NCBI GenBank assembly: GCA_000320545.1
Contig: ADNK01003343.1
Coordinates: forward strand, 1 to 64,000
DNA: 64,000 nucleotides
Direction of reading: 5' to 3'
DNA from: Bigelowiella natans CCMP2755
Taxonomy: Eukaryota > Protista > Cercozoa
The notes below the pieces were generated by a model. That model saw only the letters and a list, made by a program, of their open reading frames with translations. It was not told the origin of the DNA and searched no databases. Within the stretch, counting starts at the first letter, position 1; each line of letters begins with the position of its first letter. Positions 1 through 13,409 of the stretch are shown here, in pieces. A program made the position numbers and the translations under genes.

Positions 1-67
1 TTGTTTTCTTTCATTCTGTTTTGCTTAATTTGTTTCTGACGTTAATGCATGTATATCCACGCATCAT

Positions 68-100
<33 letters not shown>

Positions 101-454
101 TATCATCATCTAATCGAGAGTACGCGTGTGTTGTAATGTACAGACACGATGTGCGTACGGATACTCGAATGAGAGAAACAAAGAGGCCTCCAGTTGGTTC
201 TTCGGGAACAACGGGAGCAATGTGACGCAGCATCACTTGCAATCCTCAAGGTATCATGCTGCTTCGACGTGATGGGGCATTGCGTTTATTGAGGGGCCTT
301 CTCGATGCTGCGAGGATGTCAAACAAACAAACAAATAGGGAAACAGTTTGCATCTTATATTCTGTGTTATATTCGGAAAGAAGAAAAAAAAAAAGAAAAA
401 AAAAAAAGAAAAAAAAAGGAAGATGAAACTGTTGGTTGTTTGTTGGTTGCTCAG

Positions 455-1377
455 AGGGAGAGGAGGAGGGGGCCGCGATTGGCTAACAGGTGCGGAGCTT
501 CATGGACTCGTCGATGATATTGTCATCGTCAATCTTCGGAGACGCCCAGAGAGGCGAAGGTGTGGTGTATATACATGTATTATCATCGTATCATCCTCAT
601 CAATGTCGAAGTCCCTCGCGTGTAAAGAGTCATTGCTATCAACACTGCCTTGCTGCTCCTGTTTCTTTGCGTTGTACGTTCCTTCTTGTTTTGCCTCTTC
701 TTCGCTTTATTCTCTTCCTCTTTCTCTTTCTCTTCTTTTTCTTCTTCTTCTTCTTCGTTCTCTGCACCCTTTCAGGTATATCAAAAGGATGATGTTCCAC
801 CTGGGAGTCGCAGAGCAGCGCTACCGCTTCTTCGATGCCTTCGATGTGCGAGAATGGGGTACGTCGTACACGGGCCTGTCTCAGCTCATTTCCATCATGA
901 AGTGCATGGTGTAATCAACTAGCGCATCTCCACATCTCCAAGCGTTTGCGCTCAGAAATGTATTCGCAATACACATTATATATATTTTATTCTTTATATG
1001 TGTGTGTTTGTGTTTGTGTGTGTGTGTGTGTGTGTTTAATGTGTCGGTACTCTAGGGATCCCAGCCTTCCAAAAGCGAGCACGAGACGTGTTTGGCAGAT
1101 CTCCAGAATCTCTGCTTGACCCTAGAGATGTCCTCTCCCACCTCCTATTACCACCTATACAAACGCCGAAACCTTTCTCTTCTCTCCCCTCTCTCCGCGC
1201 CTTCCTCCTTGCCAGGCCTTTCTGTAAGCTAGTGCTGTTTGTTTGCGCTATATCGTGTTGTAGATAGATTATGGTATTAAAGGATGGGACAAGGACGCCT
1301 GCTGCCATCGACGCTTAGTGAATTCCCAGGTAGTGGAAGAAGTGTGTGTGTGTGAGAGTGTGTGTGTGTGTGTGTGA

Positions 1378-1432
<55 letters not shown>

Positions 1433-1806
1433 TTTTTGGGTGTATGATCGAGGATGTGATACGTCGTATCGAGACACAATCAGTTGCGAAAATACAATGC
1501 GTGGATTTTTCAATGATGCGCGGCGATATTGTGAGAGTAGTCGGAATACATTCAGTACCGATGTGACGTGAAGAACTGCGGGCTCATAGCGAGTGGAATG
1601 TCGCACCTTGGGGCGATCAAGACATGGCTGGATGGTGCGCACCGCATTTCTTCTTCCACTGTATAATTACGAGCCGCAGAGGCAAACAGCACACGAATAC
1701 GCGCGGGTCTGCTGCCCCTGTGCGGTGCGCTCATCTAGTATTTGAAACAACAATAGTACTAGGCACGTACGCGCGCGCGCATGCAATAAATCTCTCTCTC
1801 TCTATC

Positions 1807-1877
<71 letters not shown>

Positions 1878-2043
1878 GTAGGGGCGGACAGCAATAAAAG
1901 CCTCTTGGTCATGGAAGATGACGTGTGTCCGAGCAACTTCCTCTTCGATCAAAGCGACAGCAGCATCACCACGCGACAATTAATACCCCCACCCGAAGGC
2001 TGGAAGCTGTTAAGACTTCAGGATTGCTCTCGGTACTTCTCTG

Positions 2044-2085
<42 letters not shown>

Positions 2086-2791
2086 ATGTTTTGTTCCTTT
2101 ACGCTTTCTTGTTCTTTTGATCCAATCGTCTCAATGTGAAATTTGCATCTATGTTGAAAAGGGAACGCAAACGGCAATCAATCCCCATACATACTGTTTT
2201 CCCTTGAGTCTCCTCCTCCTCCTCCTCTTCTTTTTTTTTTGGGGGGGGGGGATCTGAGAGCAATCCTTCCTAAATGGTTGGTTTGGAAGGGAGTGCATCA
2301 TTTTGAGGTGGAAAAAAAAAACGAAGAAGATCGAAAATCCCATCGTCGTTGGGCCCCCCCCCCCCCCACTCGGCCTATAATAAATGTTCAGGTACAAAAA
2401 GGCCGACGACGCCATGTGTGGTGGTGGTGCAAAGAGTACCGGAAGCGATGGTAGGACAGACTGCAACAGCGTCAATCGCTGGAGACTCGCCCGAAATATC
2501 CGAGAGATGAGACTGGGCCCCGAGTGCGTATCGTCGTACATCATTGCCGCGGCGGGTGCTGCTGACCTCTTTCGATCGAAAGATTCAACCATCAGGCTCG
2601 CGCAGGAGTACGAGCCATGGGGCCTATCCCCGATCGAAGACACGTTCAACACGCTCATATTCTCGCTATGGGGCAACGTCTCCTACCAGATGCAAAACGA
2701 ATACTTCGGGCAAACCGAGGGCCTCGACGCCGATGACGTGGAGAGTGGCAGTGACAACCACCCTGATTCAATCGTCCTGGGAGGCCACTAA
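455..2791 (+). CDS. Glycosyltransferase family 25-like protein, multi-exon; 5' end uncertain, may begin upstream
   Basis: Exons between GT-AG introns give GT25 hallmarks in order: IVIVNLRRRPERR (~520-560), RFFDAFD (~825), GLIASGMSHLGAIKTW (~1580-1630), LLVMEDD (~1905), SSYIIAAAGA (~2530). Stop TAA at 2789-2791. Confidence 0.7.
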
Positions 2792-3747
2792 GCTGCGCCG
2801 GAAGATGAGTGCGTTACAATCATTAGAGCGGTTGCCTGCGCCGAAAACCGGCTCATTTACCTCTTCGGAACAATTTATTCAAGCAACTGCACGGGAGCTG
2901 CGATGATAGGCAATGGGTGCTAATCCTCCTTGAGCTATTGTAGTATGTAAGAGGAATAATTATTGCCTAAATTTATTTTATACATGATTTTATTGGTAGC
3001 AATCATGCATACTACCATGAATGATGTAACAGTGTACGCAGAACTTATACATGGCACGCACAGAAGCGCACAAACCCACATGCTGCATTTGTAGATGTAG
3101 CTTCGGGTGTCAAATGTGGCGGGCTGCTGGCGGCAAACTTACGCCGATGCTACTAGAAATCCTTTCTTTTGCCTTGAACTAGCGATGATTAGGAAACATA
3201 ATTCATGCTGAACCTCGATTGTTTACTGCATGTAATATTGCAACAATGTGTGTGGGAGCGCTGCCTTGTTCATTGCACAAATGCAGCACAGTCTGCTGTC
3301 AATGAATGCATGCTGCATTCGTCTACGTTTTTCTAGCGGCTGTTGTTCATTATCGGTCAGGTCATCATTGGTTCTGTGGACGACACTATTCATTTTCATG
3401 CACGTGTGCACACACGATAGCCGCCCGCACGATATGTGCTATACGTGCTTTACATGTTAGCCGCGGCACTGCGTAGTTACATTAGGATGATAACTGAAAA
3501 GATTTAATCATATCATTGCATCCGTCTCATATACATACACATATAAACATATACTGCAGCTTTGCATAGCTACATCATGATGACAATTGAAAAAAAATAG
3601 TATATTCATTACATTTCCGTCTTATACGCTACATGCATTTCATTTAGGGTGACATCGTCGCAATGTAGGATCCACGCTTTGAAATATTAAGGCTATTTTC
3701 GGGAAGTTTAGAGATAGCAAGAGGAGCTTTCAGACTCCTCTCCACAT

Positions 3748-4631
3748 CTACAGCAGCCGCGATAGCCACTGAAATCCATCCGTGTATCCTGCTTCCTTGA
3801 CAATTGAGCACATGAATAGCTCCACTGGCCTGACTGACCCTGCAGGTTTTCCGCTGACTTTTCCGGTCGTCATCATTTCGATGCCCAGCAGGATTTTACA
3901 CTGACTTTCAGACACCGAGGAAATGTCGATCTTGTTACCAAGAACTAAAACTGTTCATTGCAAAGTAATCAGTAATGCTCGGGACAACATATGCCATTCT
4001 CATTCAAATGCACTAGAAATCTGTTAAGGCTTGAGATGTTTGATGAAATAGCAGGACCTGGGCACTCTGGTGGCATATAGCTCAGTAACTTGTGTAGAAC
4101 CTTTAGAGAGCGTATAAAGACGATGTGTATGATGAAATTTTGGTTAGAATATTTTGCAAGACCTTCTTGGACTCATCCATCCGTTTTTGGTCCGCTACAT
4201 CCACGAGATAGACTACAGCGTCAATACCGCCGCTCATGTATTCTTTCCACAGCTGAGATGAAAAATTGATATTACTCGTTCAAGTATGTAATTCTGACAA
4301 CAATGAACCTTCTGAGCCGCTGTATGGCCGCCCAGATCGTATGCAGTCATTGTGATGCCACAAATCTGCATTGTGTCCTTTTGGGGATATCGGGTCGGAT
4401 TTGCCGAGTGCAGTTTCCCTTCAAATACAATGACAAATCAGAAACACTAGCAGTCTCAAGGAGAGTACACAAAGTTGCTGCGGGAGAACCATGACGGAGG
4501 CGGTACATCAAGGTAGTTTTTCCAGCGTTGTCGAGACCGAGCAGCATAATTTTAGCTTCTTTCCCCGAGAGACCCAGCCAGAAAAGTGAGTCTGAAAACG
4601 TGTCCGAAATGTATTTCCAGATGAATGACAT
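3748..4631 (-). CDS. SAR1: Sar1-family small GTPase (divergent), multi-exon
   Basis: N-terminal hydrophobic helix and GLDNAGKTT (G1). Spliced exons give PTRYP (switch I), YDLGGH (G3), VLGNKID (G4) and ELFMCSIVKEAGYTDGFQWLS*, the typical Sar1 C-terminus. Confidence 0.9.
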
Positions 4632-5376
4632 GGGGGAGGGCTAACGGTCTTGAGTATTTTTGATTTAAAGCACGGATGTGATGACGAATACGGGAGAGAA
4701 GGTTGCGCCTAGCGCCGAGGAGGTGCAATAAATCGCACTGAAATTAAAGTTGACTTTCATCCTGCGACACACTAAAAAGGGGATTATTTGCAATTTATCC
4801 ACTCTACAAGGAATGATCGATGATGACGTTTGTTTCCATCCGCAGTACAACTATTGCTGGCAATTCAACGATGATTTTTGGTCTAAAAAATGCAGTGTTT
4901 TTTTAATGGATGTCGCTGCTGAAAAATTCCCTAAATTTGCGTCAGAACAAGCCGAGAAGAACGAAGCTGAAACGCCTATATTTGCTCGGTAAGTCCTCAG
5001 CATTCAGGTGGAGGAACTGAATGTAAAAGTGCCGTTGAAACTATGTAAAGTAGTTCCGAAAAGGCATGTCGTAGTGAATAATCGCATCGAATTTTGAGGA
5101 TTGAAGTCCCTTGCAATGCCAGTGCTGATCTGAAGACAAGGTTTCTCTGGGGGAGCACTACTCGTGAGAGCCCTACCGATTTGCTGGCTGGTGCGTTCCC
5201 TACCCCCTTTGTCTTTGGAACACTCGTTCTTAAATGTTGTCAATAGAATCCTCTGCACCCAACCAAGCACGGGTTGCTCTGCCCTCTATTTTTCCGATAG
5301 AACAATGAACGTTTTGTATCGAAGAGTTAACGTCGGTGATTCCCCAGGCGAAAAGTGGCATTATCGGAAGTCAACG

Positions 5377-6372
5377 ATGGCGCTCCAAAATGAGACGGAA
5401 CGCGTAGAAGTGCTGGTGAAAGAGAATAAGTCTCTCCGAGACCAACTGCAAGGGAGCAAAGATATGCTTCAATCGCTTACGGAGCAAGTACAAGAGGTAG
5501 GCACTACGTCACGAAGCAAAATCGTCAAAACAAAAAAAACGAACGGCAACCGTTCAGAATCCAAGTTAAAAATCTGAAGATATTCAACTTCACATGCTGA
5601 TGGACGTTGCATCCCACAGGGAGGGAAATGATTATCACACCGTTCATTATCTGTTGTGTTGTTCAGGTGATAGCAGTGAACCATGCTGTAACTGTCCAGC
5701 TGGAGCAGGCGTCGGACGTGCGAAAATATCTTGGGAAGATAAATGGGGAGTTTAGTAACACAGTCACAGATTGCCGGCAGCTTATTGAAAGTACTAAAAG
5801 AAGTAGAAGAGGAAGAAGAAGAAGAAAAAGAAGAAGTAGTAAACGAGAGAATAAGGTTGAAGATAAATGAAATAGTAGCAGGACTGTCACCTCTTACATA
5901 TTCCTGCGTCCAACAAAGGTCTAGGGGTTGAGAAAAAGAAAAGTCGCGGGAGAGTCTCGTCTGCGCCAGCGGAGGAACACTTCCACGCTGATCTCAAAAA
6001 GCTACATACGCGAAATCTGGAACTTGAGAAGTAACTCTTTGGTGTGAGAGGGAATGTGTTGGGGGGGGGGGGGGGGGAGATTGGAAAGAAGACATAGAGA
6101 ACCCGAAATGTTGAGTGTGTTGTGAGTGGACTGCTGTGTGGGATCACATAATCAGCGCTTCCGATGCCATTAATCTACTTCCATTGTGTGCGTATATATC
6201 CATTAAATCATATTTATTGAAATAACGTGTATGAAGCGGATGGTGGTGCTGATGATGACAATGATGATGTTCGTAATGATGACGACCCTAGGGAAAATGC
6301 AGAGTTGATAAAAAAGCAAGCGAAACAGAAGAGCCAGATGCTGAAGCAGGACAGGTGTTTGAAGGCGAGTGA

Positions 6373-6413
<41 letters not shown>

Positions 6414-8041
6414 CGCGAAAGAGTGCGGCGTTGTTTGATTCGGTGTTTCTGAAATGTGCATGGGGCATTGACATATGACATTGACATATGTGACATTCCG
6501 CAGGTGGGTGAAACAGCTATCTAATGTTGTCGGCAATCTAAGCGCAAAGCTTGACGAGAAGGGCGAGAGGGTTCAAGAACTGATCGAGTAGTTATGAACA
6601 ACCTCTCTTAAACACCATCTTATCACAGTCTTCTCTGTCTATTACCATTCTTGTTCCCTGTACATCCGATAGATATATCGAAGAAAATCTGCATGTCTCT
6701 ACTATCTCTCCTCGTGAATCCGCCTACATATTGACACGGAGACGGCCGGCACTAGCACTAGTGCAGCAGTGCTGCAATGCCATCTAATATACTATGAAAA
6801 CATATTCACCTCCAGACTGCAGCTGGCGACGACCAGGAAGCTCCATGAAAGCGAGCACACGCTTGGCCAGCTTTCCCGCACCAACCAGGAGCTATTCACA
6901 AAACTGAAGCACGCGATGTGCAGCACGATAGGGACAGACGATCGCCTGCCGGAGGGAGGCGATTTGGCGCAAAAAGCCCTGGGCGAGAACATGCAGCTGA
7001 AAGCCGACCTGGCTATCGCTCAGGAGCAGCTCAAGAAGGCGTACGAGCGAAAGCAGGGTAATAACAGTAGTGTCAGTGTTGGTTGATAATGACGACTGCA
7101 GCGTAGCATCGGGGGTTAAAGCTACGAAATTTTACAAGTGTTCATAATCTCCACATCATTACTGCACTCTTCCCCCCCGCCCCCCCTCCCTGTCTCTATC
7201 TCTCTGTAAGAGTGTGTTCATCATCCATCATTATCACAAACTATCTGGGCCTCTTCTTCGTACACGCATCTCTTTCTGAAGTCTCTTCTCCTCTCTCTTA
7301 TCTTGGCTCTGCCTTTCTTGTAGCTACTATCGCTCGTACGCTGTCGTCATGCATATCCACACCTATAAATTCATAAAAAAAAACAGAGGACGAAGACGTT
7401 GCGAAGCTGCGAAGTAGGAATGGCGAGTTAGAAGAGAGACTAGTGAAGCTTGATCGCCTCCGGAAGGCGACGAATGAGAGAGCGCACGAGCTGGCCATTG
7501 AGGTACGGACCAAACTTTCCAAGCCTATCAACCCGCGATTAATTGAATTAGTCTAGATCTTTCTCGTCCGTTATATGAATATGCCTTTGTATGCGCACAA
7601 ATTCGTATGACTGAGTCCAGCAGTTCGGCGGCAACAATGACTAGCTCAAGATGAGGTGGATGAGCAAGATTTGACGTACGCCCAATATTTTCTCCTCTTT
7701 TGTTGTGTAGAAGCAAAAGCTTCAGGAGCGGGTTCAGTCACAGAAGGAGACAATTCTGGGCCTTCGTAGACAAGTCGCGTCTGGCACCGTAGACAGTAAC
7801 CGGTCCGCAGTTCATTATTTTCATCCATTCTGCTCGTGATTATGAGACGATGGGAGGGGTGTGAGGTAGCGGTGGGCGGGTGGTGCATTTTCATTAGGTT
7901 GCCTGCTATTCCACCGAATCATAGCAGTGGCCACCTCAACTATTTGACAACAGTGTGTGCACCCTTTGCCTCGCCCCCCCTTTTACAGCCCTAAGACTCC
8001 CAGATGGAAATAGAAGAGACTCGTTTGAATCATCTCGTTAA
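5377..8041 (+). CDS. Multi-exon coiled-coil protein, function unknown
   Basis: Successive heptad-rich exons flanked by GT/AG: MALQNETERVEVLVKENKSLRDQLQ, LEQASDVRKYLG, LQLATTRKLHESEHTLGQLSRTNQEL, ENMQLKADLAIAQEQLKKA. 3' end approximate. Confidence 0.5.
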
Positions 8042-8394
8042 GAAATTCGTAAAAAATGTGCAGGTTCCATAAGCAGCAAGTTTCATCGCATCATAGCTAG
8101 ATAGGGCTGCCAAACATCCAGCATAGCAGACACATAAGAAATGATAGATGCACGGGCTTCTGGATTACGAAGTGAAGGCACTGATGACCTGATGTATACT
8201 ACAAATTTAGCAAATATGACTTCTGCAAGTTTGTCAGCTATCTAGCTATGTTGCCAAGTGCATGTAAGGACGAATACGATGTGCGTGCGTGAGCGCGCAT
8301 CTAGGTATCAATGGCATGGGCAGTGTGCGTTTTGTCCTGTCATTTGATCACATATCTAGATATGTTCGATACTCGCATACGAGGGTAACCGGCC

Positions 8395-8650
8395 GCAGCC
8401 ATGCGCCACATCCGGATGAGGTTTCTCCGTGCCGTGCACCTTCAACCTGACATTGAGACTCTTCTTGTGTTCCGTGAGCGCCTCCGGGTGCTTCCCCATG
8501 CGTTCGTGCACTGCGCCGATGTTGTTGCACCTAGTCGCCACATCCGGATGTGGCGTCTCCGTGCCGTGCACCTTCAACAACAAAGCAAGACACTTCTTGT
8601 GTTCCGTGAGCGCCTCCGGGCATTTCCCCATCCCACAGTGCACAAAGCCG
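8395..8650 (-). pseudogene. Fragment of about two 44-aa TPR (TPR_12/kinesin-light-chain type) repeats, hypermutated
   Basis: HPDVATRCNNIGAVHERMGKHPEALTEHKKSL matches the HPDVAxSYNNIGxVYxxxGKYxEALxxYxKSL consensus, with Tyr replaced by His/Cys. No start codon or exon context. Confidence 0.8.
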
Positions 8651-9427
8651 ATGTGGCGCGTTCATGTCGGCTTCGATGACCCGAAGTTTCTCGTTTGCGC
8701 AGGCCAATGTGCCCTGCGTCACTGTCCAGTGCAGGCAGTTCATCTGTGCCACTGTCGCAGAGCAAGTGTTGCCACCCCACCCGACGAAAGGCGTCAAACA
8801 TCTCACGTTTTCAGAACCCCAACCAATCCCGGCTACTTTGGCAGACGTGAACCATCTGACCACCCTTGGGAGACACGAGGGAAAGTTTGTGCTTCTTCGA
8901 ATGGTTGATGACGAACCAGTCCAGAACACGGAGTGATGGACCGGAAGTGAACGAAACCATCGGTGCGAGCACACGCGTGATGACGCGCTGAAGAACGGCA
9001 AAAGCGACAGCAGGCGCGAGCTTCGTTTCGGACCCAAGTCGTTGATCGACCAGAAAATGCCAGTCTTCGAGAGAAGAAGGTTTTTCATTTTTTGGAGAAG
9101 AGGTTGAAGTTGATTCTTTCCGTTCAGCAAAAACCTCGTGCAGAGCGCCTTTCCCATCATTTCCCCACCCATTTTCAACGAAATGAAGACTTTTCGAGAC
9201 GGGCAATGAGCTCTTCCGGTGTCGCTTCCCGCTTGATTCGGCGTGCGTGCCCATCTTTCGAGATCACGCGCGTTGGTCGCATGTCCAGCGTTCGCCATCT
9301 TTTCAATTCGAACATGCTTCAACCTGTGTGTTGCAATTTTGAAGAAAAGGGAAAAAACGCCTTTGCGAAATTTCATTTTTTTGAACATTGATCTCGGCCC
9401 TTTTTTTTTCTCTTTCTGAAAGATCCG
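8401..9427. other. TpA-depleted island 1
   Basis: Only 2 TA dinucleotides (CTAG, CTAC) in about 1030 bp, counted by eye. Flanks have normal TA content. Confidence 0.9.
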
Positions 9428-9784
9428 TAGCCGGAGATTTTCCCTCCATTGATCTGCTGGTTCTCACCCGCATGACCCAAAAAATTGCATTTGGTTGGTA
9501 GTCGTAGTGTCCAGCGCCATGCGCGCTATGCATCAGCTGCAGTGAGCATGCATGCTGGCGATCGACCACACGATTATTAATATGTTGTCTAATAAAATTT
9601 CTGAAAAATGTTGGACATGCGCCCCTACGTGCAATAGACACCGTCCTCGCTAGTGTTCGCATCGTTCGTACACACCGCATCGCAGTAGTTCGCTACAAAT
9701 CATCATCAGAAACCAGATCACCCTGGATCGATTTATCTGGCTACACTTCTAGTTTACGACAGCTGTACACTAGTCTTCGTATGT

Positions 9785-10226
9785 TCAAGCGTCGTCTTCC
9801 TCTTCCTCAGTAACATCTTTTATAAACTTCTTGTGAGAGACCATCTTGCATTCGTTGCCAGGTTTGTCAGGATCAAAAGTGGCTTTATAGAAACTTCCGT
9901 CCGCACTTACAACTGTAAATTTCAGTAGGGAATCGAAGTATGTAAGCACTTCATGGAAACACCAAAAATGCGTATTGCATTTGTGCTTCTCCCTTCGGAT
10001 AAGATGGATGTTTTTGATACTTAAATATTTTCAGATTCTTGCATTTGGAAATGGCTCTTAAATTTTCACAACGACAAAAATTGGAGTTAGTTGCACTGAC
10101 CGATTATTGAGTTTTTCTCCGAACCAAAGGAGACAATTGTTCTCGTATCCGGTATTTTATAATAGGCGAAACTCCATTCAGAGCTGAAGTACTTCGGAAG
10201 GAGGCTCTTCATGAACGAGAAACTAA

Positions 10227-10262
<36 letters not shown>

Positions 10263-10267
10263 TTATA

Positions 10268-10299
<32 letters not shown>

Positions 10300-12161
10300 G
10301 CTTATATATAAATATACAACACATATAATATTTATATACGCAGAAACATTTTCTAGATTGAATATAATCGTGTTGTTTCGTTCTTCTCGAACTGATACAC
10401 GCCATCAAAATTCATGTAACATGACAGTCGGTCACCTTGATTTCGGGTTTGATTTTGGCGCTTCAGTACCTCCTTCCACAAGTTGTTTTTGCCCGGAATG
10501 CCCTTCCACGGATGTGTTGCTGAAGAAATATTATCATTATCCCGAGATTATGAAGACAACATCACTGGGTACTTGTCCCGAAATCCCCACATAAGAGTGG
10601 ACAATCAATCAATCAATCATTTTGAGAATCACCTCGAAGCGCCTTTCTTGTCAGATGGCTCTCCTTTAGCCTTGTCACTGAGCTTAAATATATGTATCGT
10701 CCCGTGATCACTAGAGACAGCAAGCCATTCGGTGGCTGGGTTGAAGCATATGCTGTAGATTTCCGCACGATCTGCCCCCCTACGTAGTTCCTGGAGGCCG
10801 TTGCCAGTTGCAGTATCGTACGTGCGTATTAAGGTCCCCTATTTGTAAGAAGCCAATTGTTGAATTAGTATTCGAATTAACTGCAGTATACGCTATGCAT
10901 AGCAATGGCGTCTCGCATCTGCCGTGTCTAATTCAGAAACTTGTCAAAGGCTTTATAATCGATGGAGAAGGCACCTTTTCGGAGGCTGTGGCGAGCCGTG
11001 TGCCGTCGTGGTTAAGGGCGAAGCAAGCAAGCGACGTCTCGTGGGCGGGAATGATGGTAGTTTTCTTCATGTCGTAGAGTTCCACCCGCACATGCCCCTT
11101 TTGAAGCCCGGGACACACCAATACTGTGTTACTCGAGTACGGACAAAGTGCGCACAGCCCTACACATATGACCACGTACAGCTTCAATATCATTCTCCAC
11201 ATCACAGCGTGCATGTTATTAGGGTTATCTGTATACATGTGTGCAAGGGGGGGGGTTCTCTTTCAGCAGGATCGTTTACCTTTCGGGTTCTTGATAGTCT
11301 CGATATGATCAACAAGCTTCAGGTCTGCGAAGTTGTAAACATATACCTTATGTTCCAGTACAACTACGACCCTGTCTCTCCTTAGCTTCACAGCCTTGAC
11401 CTCGGAGCGAAAGCTTAATTCCCCAATACATCGGTTTTGATGGTCGTCCCAAATCATCACTTTATAAGGTGGAAAGCGCGGGTAGGAGCCACCTCCCACT
11501 AGGGCTAATATGTTGCAGCGGAATAGCATCTCCACATGCCCGATGCCACCTTTGTTGAAATCTTTAAAGGGGGTGGGAAGGTAGACATAGACAATTACTT
11601 AATGTCGGACGGGTGAAACAACTAAATTAAAATATAGGAAATATATGAATAAAGTATACATGCGTGTCACACTTTAATGAAGGTAATTATCACAGAGCTT
11701 GAACGAACACAATGGGGACGTTCACAAGCTAATATTACGGAAAGAGATTCCAAATCAAGATCACAAAAATGTAAATAGTTTATGTGTGATCTTATTGGGA
11801 CGTGGGAGTTCAATGTTAAAGATATTTTGTATTGAAGGTTTACACATCTAAATCTTTCGATACATTTAACAAGATGAAATCTATACTGCTCTCCCCACAA
11901 TTTTCTGTATGCCTCTTTAATTTCATAGACAGCGAAAATCTTTTGAAATTCAGTTTATAAACTTCCGCTGCCGATCACATCCCTTTCCGCAAGAATTTGT
12001 TCCGCTTCACGACGTTGGTCATTACCTTTTGAGTGAGTCTCTTTGAAGGGATCACAGTTATAGATGCGGAACCCGGTATCAGTTCCACAGGCAAAGCATC
12101 CATAATCTTGATTGAACCCAACGAACAGAAGCTCGTTGTTCGGCTTGTTCTGAAGGTTCAT
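9785..12161 (-). CDS. ATG18: Autophagy PROPPIN ATG18/WIPI3-4-like WD40 protein, multi-exon
   Basis: [23 protein letters not shown]; [15 protein letters not shown]; VMIWDD; ATASEK|GTLIR; phosphoinositide-binding ELRRGAD motif (~10780). Last exon ...EEEDDA* with stop at 9785. Confidence 0.93.
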
Positions 12162-12451
12162 TGTGAATGGCCTATGCGCAGAGGGGGAAGGGAAGGTTGT
12201 TGCTTCTCCTTCAAATGGTAGAACTAAGATCTAATTTGCGTTTGACTCGTCTATAATTTCTGTTTCTTCTCGAAATTGGCATTTTTCACTTGTCGCAAAT
12301 CAAAATTATAAGGAGATTAAAAGCATATTGTCGATCATTTCAGGAATTCTCTTGTATGTAGAGTTTAAACTTCGTTTCAGACATCGATATGTCATCTTTG
12401 TTACAATCTCATGTAATTTGTCCAAAACGACAACGGTTTGCTTGTGTTTTA

Positions 12452-13032
12452 TTTGCCATCTCATTCCGTTCGCTCTTGGAAGCGCGCACAGTGTTCTGAA
12501 ATTCCACCTCCTTCACCTTCGTGTTGTCGACTGACACCTGGAACACTTCTTAAGATCTCAATTTGAATTCTTCGGCTTGATGAGATGCCTTTTCTTTCTT
12601 CTTGAGACTGATGAAATTTGATGTCGTTTTCCATGACCTGCTTCGGGTTAGCATGAATTCAATTTCTCGTTCCTCAGGTGCTTGCTGTGTTCCTCGGAAG
12701 CCACTACCAGGCCGCACGTCGACGTGCAGAGTTCCACAAGCTAGCCAGAGTTGCTTCACTGGTTCACTCACTTGTTCAGATGCACGAGATGCAAGGAACG
12801 TGTGCGGTGTGCCACCGAAGAACCGACAGCCGATGCAATTGCCAGCACAAGTGTGGTCACTTGTCGTCAAGGTGGGCTTTTCAGCTTCCAATGCTCCAAT
12901 CAGTGTCACCTGCTTGACTAGCCTGTCCAGCTGTGGGGAGTGCCACGATGTTGCGAATCAAAGAGCAACGCCACACATGCACGTGTGCTTGCGCTCGATC
13001 GATGCACTTGCATGCATCTCATCATTGCAGCG
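12452..13032. other. TpA-depleted island 2, left part (split by Gypsy copy 1)
   Basis: 5 TA in about 580 bp (TTAA, TTAG, CTAC, 2x CTAG). Rich in TGCA/CACG/CATG. Confidence 0.85.
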
Positions 13033-13358
13033 TGTTGCGCGTAAGGTGTTCACAGGCCGAGGCGCTACGTGCACAAGTAGGCAGGGGGGGGGAAAGGCAC
13101 GTTTGCTTCCTTTTGAAGAGTTGTGTTTATTTTTATTAAAGATTATATTTTTATTAAATCGTGCACTGCGTAATCATTCGCGAAGCTTTCGCGAATGCCG
13201 CCGCACGTGGGGCAGCACACTTCCGGTGTGCTGCCATGAGTCCCGCCGGAACCCACGTGCCTATGCTGTATTAATATCTACGTTATCTATATTCTATATC
13301 CGCGACAACCCCTTTGTTGTCGCACGTGACTTGTGCCCGCGTAGTGGTACGCGCTACA
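13033..13358 (-). repeat. 3' LTR of Gypsy copy 1
   Basis: Direct repeat of 18423-18748, no differences seen. Confidence 0.95.
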
Positions 13359-13409
13359 CCTCCCCCAAGTCACGTTGCTCCTTCCTTCCTTCCTTATTCC
13401 CTTAGACCT

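Noticed and set aside
1340-2090. Compound (GT)n(GA)n and (CT)n microsatellites, here and throughout
   Set aside because: Generic intronic simple repeats. The ORFs they generate (SLSLSL, THTHTH) are spurious.
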